A DNA stretch of 64,000 nt, from contig JAHFMR010000004.1 in NCBI GenBank assembly GCA_023267755.1, positions 8,535-72,534 of the forward strand, in the 5' to 3' direction. Origin of the DNA: a bacterium (lineage in GTDB: Bacteria; Patescibacteriota; Minisyncoccia; Phycocordibacterales; Phycocordibacteraceae). Made by a program: the position numbers and the translations under genes. This document shows positions 18,792 through 26,882 of the stretch, one piece after another. How positions within the stretch are numbered: position 1 is the stretch's first letter; the number at the start of each line of letters is the position of its first letter. Below the pieces are notes generated by a model. That model made no database searches. It worked only from the letters and a program-made list of their open reading frames with translations, and was not told the DNA's origin.

Positions 18792-20306
18792 ATGAACATT
18801 ATCGACAATTTCCTCAATCGCATCACGATGTACCGTCTCGTGCTGTACTACCTCCTCGTACTGCTCGGCGCAGCCGGTGTCTTCGGTTTATTCGGCATCC
18901 TCCCCTACAGTCCCGCCGACCTGCTCTTCTCGACGCTCATCATCCTCGTCTCCTGCTGGGCAAGTAACACACTCTTTTCGCGAATCTTCGGGGCGGTACC
19001 GAACGTCGAGTCGGTCTACATCACCGGCTTCATCCTCGCTCTCATCATCACGCCAGTTGGCCCGACGAGTGTTACTGGCATCGGCTTCCTTATTTTCGCC
19101 TCAGTGTGGGCGATGGCATCCAAATATATTTTCGCCCTCGGGAAGAAACACATCTTCAATCCCGCGGCGTTCGGCGTGGTGCTCTCAGCACTCGTCATCG
19201 GCCAGTCAGCTACCTGGTGGGTCGCCGGCAACTATGCCCTGCTCCCTTTCGTCCTCCTTGGCGGCCTACTCATCACGCGCAAGATTCACCGTTTTGATCT
19301 TGTCCTCTCGTTCTCAATCGTCTCGCTCGCAACCATCGCCCTGACCACTTCTGGCACCAGCCCGTTCACTGCACTACTTCAGACCTTCTCGCACTCTCCC
19401 TTCTTTTTCCTCGCACTCGTGATGCTTACCGAGCCGCTCACGATGCCGCCCATTCGCCTCTTGCGGTTTATCTACGGCGCGCTGGTCGGCCTTCTCTTCG
19501 CCCCAAATATCCACCTCGGCTCGTTCTACTTCTCTCCCGAACTCGCGCTTCTTATCGGCAACGTGTTCGCGTACGCAGTAAGCCCCAAGGGGCGCTTTAT
19601 GCTCACCCTCCTCGAGAAGAAGGAAATAGCAGCAGGCACCTACGAGCTCATCTTCTCACCTGACCGGCCGCTCGCCTTCCGTCCTGGACAGTACCTAGAA
19701 TGGACGCTCGCACATAGTCCGAGTGACGCGCGCGGCAACCGCCGCTACTTCACTATTGCGTCATCGCCAACCGAGAGCACAGTGCGTCTGGGCGTCCGCG
19801 TCTACGAACCCGAGAGCACCTTTAAGCGTGCGCTAAAGGATATGAAGATTGGTGATGTTATCTCTGTCTCGAGTCTCGCTGGCGACTTCACGCTGCCGAA
19901 GAAATCGCGGAAGAAGCTCGTCTTCATCGCCGGAGGCATCGGCGTTACCCCATTCCGCAGTATGGTGCAATATCTCGTAGACACTAAGGACACTCGCCCG
20001 GCGGTGCTCCTCTATTCAAACAAGATGGCGAGTGAGATTGCCTACCGAGAAGTGTTCGATCGCGCCGGACAAGAGATTGGGCTCCAAACACTCTATGCGC
20101 TTACCGACGAGCCGAGTGCTGTCCCGGGAACCTATGCCGGCAGACTAGATGCCACGATTATTGCCAAGGAGATTCCCGATTATAAAAACTGCACCTTCTA
20201 TATCTCCGGCCCACACGGGATGGTCGAAGCCTTTAAGAGCACACTTATCGGGATGGGCGTCTCGCGTTTCAATATTAAAACCGACTACTTCCCCGGCTTC
20301 GCATAG
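18792..20306 (+). CDS. Integral membrane protein fused to a C-terminal FNR-like FAD/NAD(P)-binding reductase domain
   Basis: ~260 aa polytopic N-terminus; RRYFTIASSP (RxYS FAD motif) and LVFIAGGIGVTPF (NAD(P) motif). Confidence 0.65.
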   Translation: MNIIDNFLNRITMYRLVLYYLLVLLGAAGVFGLFGILPYSPADLLFSTLIILVSCWASNTLFSRIFGAVPNVESVYITGFILALIITPVGPTSVTGIGFLIFASVWAMASKYIFALGKKHIFNPAAFGVVLSALVIGQSATWWVAGNYALLPFVLLGGLLITRKIHRFDLVLSFSIVSLATIALTTSGTSPFTALLQTFSHSPFFFLALVMLTEPLTMPPIRLLRFIYGALVGLLFAPNIHLGSFYFSPELALLIGNVFAYAVSPKGRFMLTLLEKKEIAAGTYELIFSPDRPLAFRPGQYLEWTLAHSPSDARGNRRYFTIASSPTESTVRLGVRVYEPESTFKRALKDMKIGDVISVSSLAGDFTLPKKSRKKLVFIAGGIGVTPFRSMVQYLVDTKDTRPAVLLYSNKMASEIAYREVFDRAGQEIGLQTLYALTDEPSAVPGTYAGRLDATIIAKEIPDYKNCTFYISGPHGMVEAFKSTLIGMGVSRFNIKTDYFPGFA

Positions 20307-20315
20307 GACACTAAC

Positions 20316-20352
20316 AACATAGCCGCCGGCCTTACGGCCGGCGGCTATGTTG
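20316..20352. terminator. Bidirectional rho-independent terminator between the reductase gene and cspA
   Basis: AACATAGCCGCCGGCC-TTAC-GGCCGGCGGCTATGTT perfect palindrome. Confidence 0.6.
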
Positions 20353-20366
20353 CAGACAAAGATAGC

Positions 20367-20579
20367 TTACGCGACCTTGCTGACGTTGAGAGCGTTCGGG
20401 CCCTTCGGGCTCTCACCAATCTCAAACGAGACCTTGTCTCCCTCCTGGAGCTCGTCGAACGAAATGTTCTGGAGCTCGTTGGTGTGGAAGAAAAGATCCT
20501 TAGAACCATCCGGTTCTCCGGCGACCTTGATGAAGCCGAAGCCCTTATCGTTCTTCTTGATTACTGTTCCTTCTTTCAT
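20367..20579 (-). CDS. cspA: Cold-shock protein (CspA family)
   Basis: GTVIKKNDKGFGFIKV...DLFFH cold-shock domain RNP motifs; 70 aa. Confidence 0.85.
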   Translation of the reverse strand: MKEGTVIKKNDKGFGFIKVAGEPDGSKDLFFHTNELQNISFDELQEGDKVSFEIGESPKGPNALNVSKVA

Positions 20580-20715
20580 GCTAGTGATAGATAGAGTGCG
20601 TGACTAAGATATCAAATCAGAAGCCGAAGATAGAAGCTCGATCCCACTTCTCTGGATCCAGCACTGGTTGATGTATTGATAATAGCACCCCCTCCTATTT
20701 TTGTCAAAGACCGTG

Positions 20716-21156
20716 TTAATTCCCTGACATCTCGCTATTCCCTGCGCTTGACCCATCACCCGTCCCTGCCGGTGCTCCACAAGCAATCGCTGCGGTGCGA
20801 TATGTCCTCCACGCCGCGTCACGAGAGGTCTGCCACGTGTTATGAGCGCTTCTCGTCGAAGTCCTGAAGGTGTTCCACACCGTTCTTGTTGCTGCCGAGA
20901 CAGCTCGGGTCGTCGTCGTGGCATAGGCCTGCTGAAGCGCAGTTGCGCGGGCGCTATATGCTGTAGTGATCGCGCCATTATAGATTGTCACGGCGGTTCC
21001 GATTGCAGTCTCGCGCGTGTTCACCGCGGTGCCGACGCAGGTAATCTTCGTCGCCATAGTTGCTGCTGACGTTGTGGTCGCAGTATCGGCAAAAGCCGGC
21101 ACAGCGGCCATCAGCCCTGCGGCCACGACTGCTCCTGCGATTATCTTTTTATACAT
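20716..21156 (-). CDS. Secreted Ala/Thr/Arg-rich hypothetical protein with signal peptide
   Basis: MYKKIIAGAVVAAGLMAAVPAFA signal peptide; low-complexity repeats. Confidence 0.4.
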   Translation of the reverse strand: MYKKIIAGAVVAAGLMAAVPAFADTATTTSAATMATKITCVGTAVNTRETAIGTAVTIYNGAITTAYSARATALQQAYATTTTRAVSAATRTVWNTFRTSTRSAHNTWQTSRDAAWRTYRTAAIACGAPAGTGDGSSAGNSEMSGN

Positions 21157-21250
21157 AATGATTGGATTACTTTGTTAACAAGAGAATCTTCTCCTTCTTT
21201 AAAGGATACCATTTCTAAGATAGATGCCGAATCTGTGGACTACGGCGAGG

Positions 21251-22030
21251 CTAGCAGGCGATGTTCTGATCAATAGCAGTCGAGCTCGCCTCGTACTGCA
21301 CAATCCAGATTGGACTTCCTGTGATGAAGCTCTTGCCGGTCACGCACGCATTAATCGCGCCTACCTGGCTCTTGACCCCCACTGGTAGCCAGACCGGGAT
21401 GAGCACATCTTGTCCTGCTATCTTCTGCACGGGGATGAAACCGCTTCCGGCAATCGTCCGCCACATACGCGGCATCGAGTAGATGCCGACGCGGAGCCCC
21501 TTTGTATTCAGATAATCAATCGCGCCTTGAATTGTCGCGGCGTTTACCGCCGTATCCTTCGACCAGCTATTGGCCTCTTCGATATCGAGCCACCAGAGCG
21601 CCGACTGCACCCCCTTCTCTAGCGCGTAGCGGTAGGAGTGTTCTGCCGCCTGATAGCCGTAGTTGTAGCCCTGACACGCGGTGGGCTCTGCGCCCGCCTT
21701 CGTACCACTGCACGCCTTCGGACTGCCCACGTGCCCTTCTACCGTGCTCCCATAGGGCGCATTCAAATTCATATACACGGTCGCGGCGGTGTGCGAGGCA
21801 AACTTCGTCCACGCATAGCCGGCTGAGAGCCGTTTATTATCGACGAACGCCTTCCCTCCGGTGACGCCCACAATCGCGAAGCCAAACGACTCCGCGGGGA
21901 AATAACGCGTGCTGAAGGTTACGTCAAAGCCGAGATTGCTCGGCACATACGGACTCCCCACCGCCGCCACAGCGAGTGCGGGCAATGCCGTAAAAAGAAC
22001 TCCGAGTGCCGCGAAAATCACTTTCCTCAT
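21251..22030 (-). CDS. Secreted glycoside hydrolase family 25-like muramidase
   Basis: Signal peptide; GFDVT, FAIVGVTGGKAFVD, WWLDIEE and PIWIVQYE resemble the GH25 motifs GIDVS/FAIIKATEG/WLDVE/WIAQY. Confidence 0.5.
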   Translation of the reverse strand: MRKVIFAALGVLFTALPALAVAAVGSPYVPSNLGFDVTFSTRYFPAESFGFAIVGVTGGKAFVDNKRLSAGYAWTKFASHTAATVYMNLNAPYGSTVEGHVGSPKACSGTKAGAEPTACQGYNYGYQAAEHSYRYALEKGVQSALWWLDIEEANSWSKDTAVNAATIQGAIDYLNTKGLRVGIYSMPRMWRTIAGSGFIPVQKIAGQDVLIPVWLPVGVKSQVGAINACVTGKSFITGSPIWIVQYEASSTAIDQNIAC

Positions 22031-22045
22031 TACTCAAGTATACCT

Positions 22046-22265
22046 CTCAAGCAAAGCAAAAGCCGCCCTAGTGGGCGGCTTTTGCTTTGCGTGTTGCCCG
22101 AGGCGGTACTGTACCTGTCACTACAGGCAAACCAAAGGTTCTTTCAGCATCGTTCTCCCCTCTTTAGCGATGGGGGCCGGTATGGGTCTGGTTTGAGATG
22201 TTCAAAGAATTTTCAATGGGTTTGGCCAGATGAGAAGACGGAGCGGTACAGTACCAAGAAATCAA
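22046..22265. repeat. Intergenic repeat copy A (begins with perfect GC-rich hairpin 22051..22090; shares 60-nt block with copy B)
   Basis: Shared block ccaaaggttctttc[ag]gcatcgttct.ccctc..tagcgatgggg.ccggtatgg.tc and GGTACTGTACC palindromes. Confidence 0.6.
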
Positions 22266-22367
22266 CATGCCATATTTTTAGTATCAAAATTAAAACAACG
22301 AAACTTAATACCCATATCGCAACGTCCGGCGCCCAACTTGATGCCTTACCTAGTAAGCTTCGTTTAC

Positions 22368-22688
22368 TCAACTCAACTCAACTTCACCCGTTAATTTGCC
22401 CAGGGTATCCTTATTTCTCATTGCGGTTTTCTTGAGATCATCATTATAAAGATAAAGAGGTGTTGGAATTAAGAGTAAAAGTGCACTGACCAAAAAACGA
22501 ACAAGATTATCTAGCGGGATGAGATTTGAATTGAATGTGGCTATAACAAGAAGTGTCGCTGCTAAACCGGCCATCAATGGCAAAAGTGCCATTCTCGAAC
22601 GAACAGTCGACTGAAGCATATCGAGATGCTCCTTGACGACTATCCACTGATGCTCCTTCGGTAGACGGTCAAAATATTTCTTGTCCAT
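22368..22688 (-). CDS. Small 2-TM membrane protein, low-GC (foreign) gene
   Basis: ORF track; AT-rich codon usage distinct from the window; translationally coupled to upstream ORF. Confidence 0.45.
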   Translation of the reverse strand: MDKKYFDRLPKEHQWIVVKEHLDMLQSTVRSRMALLPLMAGLAATLLVIATFNSNLIPLDNLVRFLVSALLLLIPTPLYLYNDDLKKTAMRNKDTLGKLTGEVELS

Positions 22689-22942
22689 TAGACTTCTTTG
22701 TTCACTTCTTCATTCTTTGGGTACCCCCATTTGCCACGAACGATATACCAAAATAGCCCCTCTACTGCGCCCATAGAGAAAACAATGACTACATTTGTTA
22801 TTACAAAAGACCCGAAATCAAACGAATAATAAAGAGCTGTATTTGCAATCAGTAGAAATAAACCAAAAAAGAAAACATATAGAGATTTAACTACTCTATA
22901 CCACCTCTTATCTTCATATTCCGCGATTACCTTGTTTTTCAT
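22688..22942 (-). CDS. Small 2-TM membrane protein, low-GC (foreign) gene
   Basis: ORF track; AT-rich; start/stop overlap with 22368..22688. Confidence 0.45.
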   Translation of the reverse strand: MKNKVIAEYEDKRWYRVVKSLYVFFFGLFLLIANTALYYSFDFGSFVITNVVIVFSMGAVEGLFWYIVRGKWGYPKNEEVNKEV

Positions 22943-23035
22943 TTTGTTATTTATATTCTACCAAGAGTTCCTTTTGTCCACCACACTGCTTCCAACATTG
23001 TTGGATTTGATGCTGGCTAGGGTCTCTAGCGATGC

Positions 23036-23290
23036 GACGCAAAAGCCGCCCTTTCAGGGCGCCTTTTGCTAACGTGATGCCGAGCGGTACTGTACTGCCC
23101 TTGATGGGGGACGGTACTGGTTCCTGGCGTCACAACCGTGTTGCCCGTGTCGGTACTGTACCCGCCACAATAAGCAAACCAAAGGTTCTTTCGGCATCGT
23201 TCTTCCCTCCCTAGCGATGGGGACCGGTATGGATCGGCTTTCAATGTTTTCAAGGATTTTTGATCAATTTCGAGCTCGAGAAACGGGAGC
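23036..23290. repeat. Intergenic repeat copy B (hairpin 23038..23068; composite of the copy A block and the copy C block)
   Basis: Contains gatggggga.ggtactggttcctggcgtcacaaccgtgttgc (as in C) followed by the A-type block. Confidence 0.6.
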
Positions 23291-23350
23291 CGGTATCGTA
23301 CTGAGATTTTATTATGTTAATCTCACAAATATCGTGATCATCCGAAAACT

Positions 23351-24259
23351 ATGACCGACTTCGAGACCCGGCTTACTGCGTACATCCACAAGATTCTCGC
23401 CCACGAAGGCGATGACTGGAGCGTTTCATCGCCACCTCAGGGTATGAGCAGCAGCGTCTTCTTCCTGACATTGGGAGGCATGGAATATGCGGTGAAGTAC
23501 GGTGTGGATGCGGCTAAAGATGTACCCGCCATCGCACTCATCCGTGATCACGGCGCACGCGTCCCGGTGCCCGAGGTCGTGGAAAGTTTTGTGTTCGAAG
23601 AAGTGCCGATAGTGGTGATGAAGCGGATCGTGTTTCCCCTACTCGAGAGCGTACCAGTCGCGGATCTCCCGGCGTATCTTCCGAGCATGCTAGATCTCAT
23701 GGAGGAACTCCACACGATTACCAACCCAACACCAAAGATAGTGTCTGCGCCGGGTGAGCTTGCTTCGTGGAAGGAATATCTGCTCGCGCAATTCGACGGG
23801 CGCACAATAGACTGGGAAGAAATACTCGGGCGCAAAGCCTTGGATCGCGCGCTCGTTGCGGATGCGCTCGACCGATTCCGCGCGCTCCTCGCCGCAAGCG
23901 ATCTCGAGCTTTCGTCTTATACGCTTCTCCATACGGACTTCAACCAGCGCAATCTCTTCGTCGATCTGGCCACAAAGACTATCAGTGGGATTGTTGACTG
24001 GGAGGACGCGGTCTTTGGCGATTCCATCTATGATTTTGCGCGGATACGCATGTTCCTCTGGCATTTCGACCTGCCTGAAATGGCCATCTCCGTGTACTAC
24101 AACCGGACGCGTTATAACGATACGGAGAAGCAGCGCGAATGGTTGTATTTAACGGCGCGAGTCATCCAATACCTTGCCTGGTATTCGGAGGAAGATACGA
24201 CATTCAATACCTCCCGAATCGCGTTGCACCAGAACTATCTGCGGGCGATCCGGTGGTGA
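23351..24259 (+). CDS. Aminoglycoside-phosphotransferase/choline-kinase-like protein kinase fold enzyme (APH family)
   Basis: LLHTDFNQRNLFVD (HxDxxxxN catalytic loop) and GIVDWEDAVFGD (IDWE/DFG-like) motifs. Confidence 0.65.
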   Translation: MTDFETRLTAYIHKILAHEGDDWSVSSPPQGMSSSVFFLTLGGMEYAVKYGVDAAKDVPAIALIRDHGARVPVPEVVESFVFEEVPIVVMKRIVFPLLESVPVADLPAYLPSMLDLMEELHTITNPTPKIVSAPGELASWKEYLLAQFDGRTIDWEEILGRKALDRALVADALDRFRALLAASDLELSSYTLLHTDFNQRNLFVDLATKTISGIVDWEDAVFGDSIYDFARIRMFLWHFDLPEMAISVYYNRTRYNDTEKQREWLYLTARVIQYLAWYSEEDTTFNTSRIALHQNYLRAIRW

Positions 24260-24290
24260 TAATCTGTGGCCGCCTCGGATCGAGGTGGTA

Positions 24291-24448
24291 GCAAAAGCCG
24301 CCCATAAGGGCGGCTTTTGCGTACGTGATGCACTACAAGAGTACTTCTCGTTTTCTAACTCGCTTCGCTCCTAAGAAAACAATGTCGCCGGGCGGTACTG
24401 TGCTGACCCTGATGGGGGAAGGTACTGGTTCCTGGCGTCACAACCGTG
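24291..24448. repeat. Repeat copy C (terminator hairpin 24291..24320 plus the 60-nt block shared with B), immediately 3' of the intron-containing tRNA
   Basis: gcaaaagccgccc-ataa-gggcggcttttgc; block ctgatgggggaaggtactggttcctggcgtcacaaccgtgttgc. Confidence 0.6.
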
Positions 24449-24769
24449 TTGCGGGGGCCGGAATCGAACCGGCGTCTGGAGGTTCTTCTGTACCTACTGT
24501 TTCCAGCAGGAATGGACTATCCCATAATCCTATAAGGATTCTCCCATTATAGTCTCTGAACCTTTCCTCCGCCTCAGGCGGAAGACTTGGCTGCTGATTG
24601 CCGAATCTTCTCGTTTTTCACGCATTCGCGCCCACCCTTTCGAGTCACGTTGTAGCATGAGAAGCTCTCACGGTATTCCAGCAATTTAGAGAGTTTTTCC
24701 ACTACCCGTTACCGGATAGGGTCACGTTATTCACATGAGCCTCCCGAGGTACCTCTCCTCTACCCCGCT
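24449..24769 (-). tRNA. Initiator-like tRNA-Met (anticodon CAT) interrupted by a group I intron; exons 24769..24735 and 24484..24449
   Basis: Spliced: AGCGGGG-UA-GAGG-AGAGGUA-CCUC-G-GGAGG-CUCAU|AA-CCUCC-AGAC-GCCGG-UUCGAUU-CCGGC-CCCCGCA-A; 3' half identical to E. coli tRNA-fMet (CCGGCCCCCGCAA), 1:72 mismatch. Confidence 0.75.
24485..24734 (-). ncRNA. Group I self-splicing intron (~250 nt, no ORF) in the tRNA anticodon loop after U36
   Basis: Exon ends in U, intron ends in G; IGS GUGA pairs with UCAU; core-like CUAAAUUGCUGG...CGAAAGGGUGGG (J3/4-P4) and CAGAGACUAUAAUGGGAG (J6/7-P7) motifs. Confidence 0.65.
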
Positions 24770-24837
24770 GTATCAAAGTATACACAGAAAAAAAACTCGG
24801 GCAACCGTATTTCAGAAATGAAGATGTTTCGTCTTTA

Positions 24838-25410
24838 TCAAATCACCTTGAACTCTCTGAAGACCGCTTCGTAGCGCGCGATGGTGCGCTGCGCGAGCGT
24901 CTCGGAGAGGTCGAAGGCGGAGCCGTCGTGCGCGATCCGGTTGCGCACTTTGTGTGCCTCCCACGCGTCGTTCAGACTGCCGAATGTGGCGTTATCAGCG
25001 GTCTTCAACTTCTCGGCGACACCCTCGCCCACATACCCCTGCTGCACGAGCACATCGTCGAGCATAATATCCGCCTCGATAATAGCGTCGCGCCACTCGC
25101 TCGAGGTCGTCCCCGCCGCGAGCGTCTTGATGTGTTGCCAGCGTGGGTGCTCATCGTCGAGGGAAGCGGCGACTGTAAGCGGTGTGGAGTAGAACTCTTC
25201 TTCGCGGTGTCGGAGCTCGAAGAGGCGCACTGTGCAATACACAATAATGAAGAGTGCTACCACCGAAACCGTGTAGCCAATACCGACAATCCAGAGCCAG
25301 AGGTGCGAGAGAAAGGCTTCAATCCCACTTAGCGAGCCATAGCACGCACCGTGCAAGCAGTCGTAGAGGAGACGGAAGAAGTATTCGGTATTCGTCTGCG
25401 TAGAAGACAT
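24838..25410 (-). CDS. Membrane-anchored HEPN-domain (DUF4145-like) protein
   Basis: N-terminal TM helices; C-terminal AHKVRNRIAHDG contains an Rx4H HEPN motif. Confidence 0.45.
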   Translation of the reverse strand: MSSTQTNTEYFFRLLYDCLHGACYGSLSGIEAFLSHLWLWIVGIGYTVSVVALFIIVYCTVRLFELRHREEEFYSTPLTVAASLDDEHPRWQHIKTLAAGTTSSEWRDAIIEADIMLDDVLVQQGYVGEGVAEKLKTADNATFGSLNDAWEAHKVRNRIAHDGSAFDLSETLAQRTIARYEAVFREFKVI

Positions 25411-25433
25411 CCTCTCTAGTATAGACGAAAAAA

Positions 25434-26882
25434 CTAGCGAGAACGCTCAACAGCGTTGCCGATGGTGAAAAGGGTCTCCTCTGCCTGGTGTAGCGCGGTG
25501 AAGTGGATACCGATCGGAAGCGCTTTACCATCACGCTCGACCGTACCCATTGGGGCTGAGAGAGCGGGCATACCGGTGAGATTCGCCGTCACGGTAAAGA
25601 TATCCTCGAGGTACATAGAGACCGGGTCGCTCTTCTCGCCAAATTTAAATGCTGGCGAGAGCGTCGTCGGGAAGGCGACTACGTCGCACGACTCAAATGC
25701 CTTCTCGTATTCCTGGCGGAGTACTGCACGTGCAGCGTCAGCCTTACGATAGTACGCATCGATATAACCAGAGGAGAGCACGAAGGTGCCAAGTAGGATA
25801 CGCCTGCGCGTCTCGGGACCAAATCCCTCGGTGCGCGAGAGGAGGTAGTCATCGAGGAGCGCCGCGCCCCGAGCAGCGTGGCCGTAGCGGATACCGTCGA
25901 GACGCGCGAGATTGGCCGAGACCTCTGCCGGCATAATCACGTAGTAGGCGGCGAGGGCGTGCCCGCTGGTGGGCAGCTCGACGTCGACGAGTGTGTGCCC
26001 CTGCTGTTCGAGCTTCGCGAGTGTTGCGTCGAAGGCGGCTCGCACGTCGGCGTTTACGCTCTCGCCGAGCAGGTGGCGTGGTACTCCGATACGTAGATGC
26101 TCGGCAGTCTGGCGTGCAGAGTAGAGACCGTCGGGTATGGTTGTCGAATCGAGCGGGTCGATACCGCGGATAGTGTCATAGAGAATACGGGCATCCTCGA
26201 CCGTCTTTGTAAGCGGACCAATCTGATCGAGCGACGAACCCATCGCGATAGCGCCGTTCCGCGAGACGGCGCCGTAGGTCGGCTTCAGCCCCACGAGACC
26301 GGTCAGTCCCGCTGGTTGACGTATCGAGCCGCCCGTATCAGTACCGAGTGCGGCGATGGCCAGATGCGCGGCGACCGCAGCGGCCGATCCGCCAGAGGAG
26401 CCGCCGGGGACGCGCGAGGTGTCGTGCGGATTACGGGTTGCACCGAATGCGGAGTGCTCGGTCGACGAACCCATCGCAAACTCGTCCATATTGGTGCGTC
26501 CCAAGAAGAGTGCCCCCGCCTCTTTCAGCTTCTTGATGACTGTGGCGTCGTAGGTCGCCGTATAATTCTCGAGCATCTTGCTCGCTGCGCTCGCGATCTT
26601 CCCTTCTATTAAAATGTTGTCCTTAATCGCAAGCGGGATCCCGCAGAGCGGGCTTGCATCGCCCGCGTCGATTCTCTTCTGTGCTAACTCGATAGCAGTA
26701 TCATCGGCAGCAAAGAGCTCGAGGTAAGCATTCAATTCAGGATTCTTCGCGTGTGCGGCTGTCGCGCACGCGTCCCAGAGCTCGCGGACGGTCAATTCGC
26801 GCGCGCGGAGCGCGCGCGCCGCCTCGACTATCGTCATCTCGTTTGGCCGAAGGTCCCGAGGTTTTGTCGAGGGATTAGTCAT
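25434..26882 (-). CDS. gatA: Asp-tRNA(Asn)/Glu-tRNA(Gln) amidotransferase subunit A
   Basis: Amidase signature GGSSGGSAAAVAA...; 482 aa. Confidence 0.85.
   Translation of the reverse strand: MTNPSTKPRDLRPNEMTIVEAARALRARELTVRELWDACATAAHAKNPELNAYLELFAADDTAIELAQKRIDAGDASPLCGIPLAIKDNILIEGKIASAASKMLENYTATYDATVIKKLKEAGALFLGRTNMDEFAMGSSTEHSAFGATRNPHDTSRVPGGSSGGSAAAVAAHLAIAALGTDTGGSIRQPAGLTGLVGLKPTYGAVSRNGAIAMGSSLDQIGPLTKTVEDARILYDTIRGIDPLDSTTIPDGLYSARQTAEHLRIGVPRHLLGESVNADVRAAFDATLAKLEQQGHTLVDVELPTSGHALAAYYVIMPAEVSANLARLDGIRYGHAARGAALLDDYLLSRTEGFGPETRRRILLGTFVLSSGYIDAYYRKADAARAVLRQEYEKAFESCDVVAFPTTLSPAFKFGEKSDPVSMYLEDIFTVTANLTGMPALSAPMGTVERDGKALPIGIHFTALHQAEETLFTIGNAVERSR

Noticed and set aside
24480-24740. 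RNase P RNA hypothesis (GAGGAAAGG and GAAAGGGUG motifs)
   Set aside because: The motif order on the minus strand is the reverse of the P4/P10-P11 order in RNase P RNA, and the region is too short; the motifs fit group I intron core elements better.
24440-24790. tmRNA (ssrA) hypothesis for the region with the T-arm-like GGUUCGAUUCC and GGGG-rich 5' end
   Set aside because: There is no G3:U70 alanine identity pair, no plausible tag ORF ending in ..AA-stop, and no D-loop analogue. The two halves instead assemble into a normal 72-nt cloverleaf with a CAU anticodon once a group I-like insert is removed.
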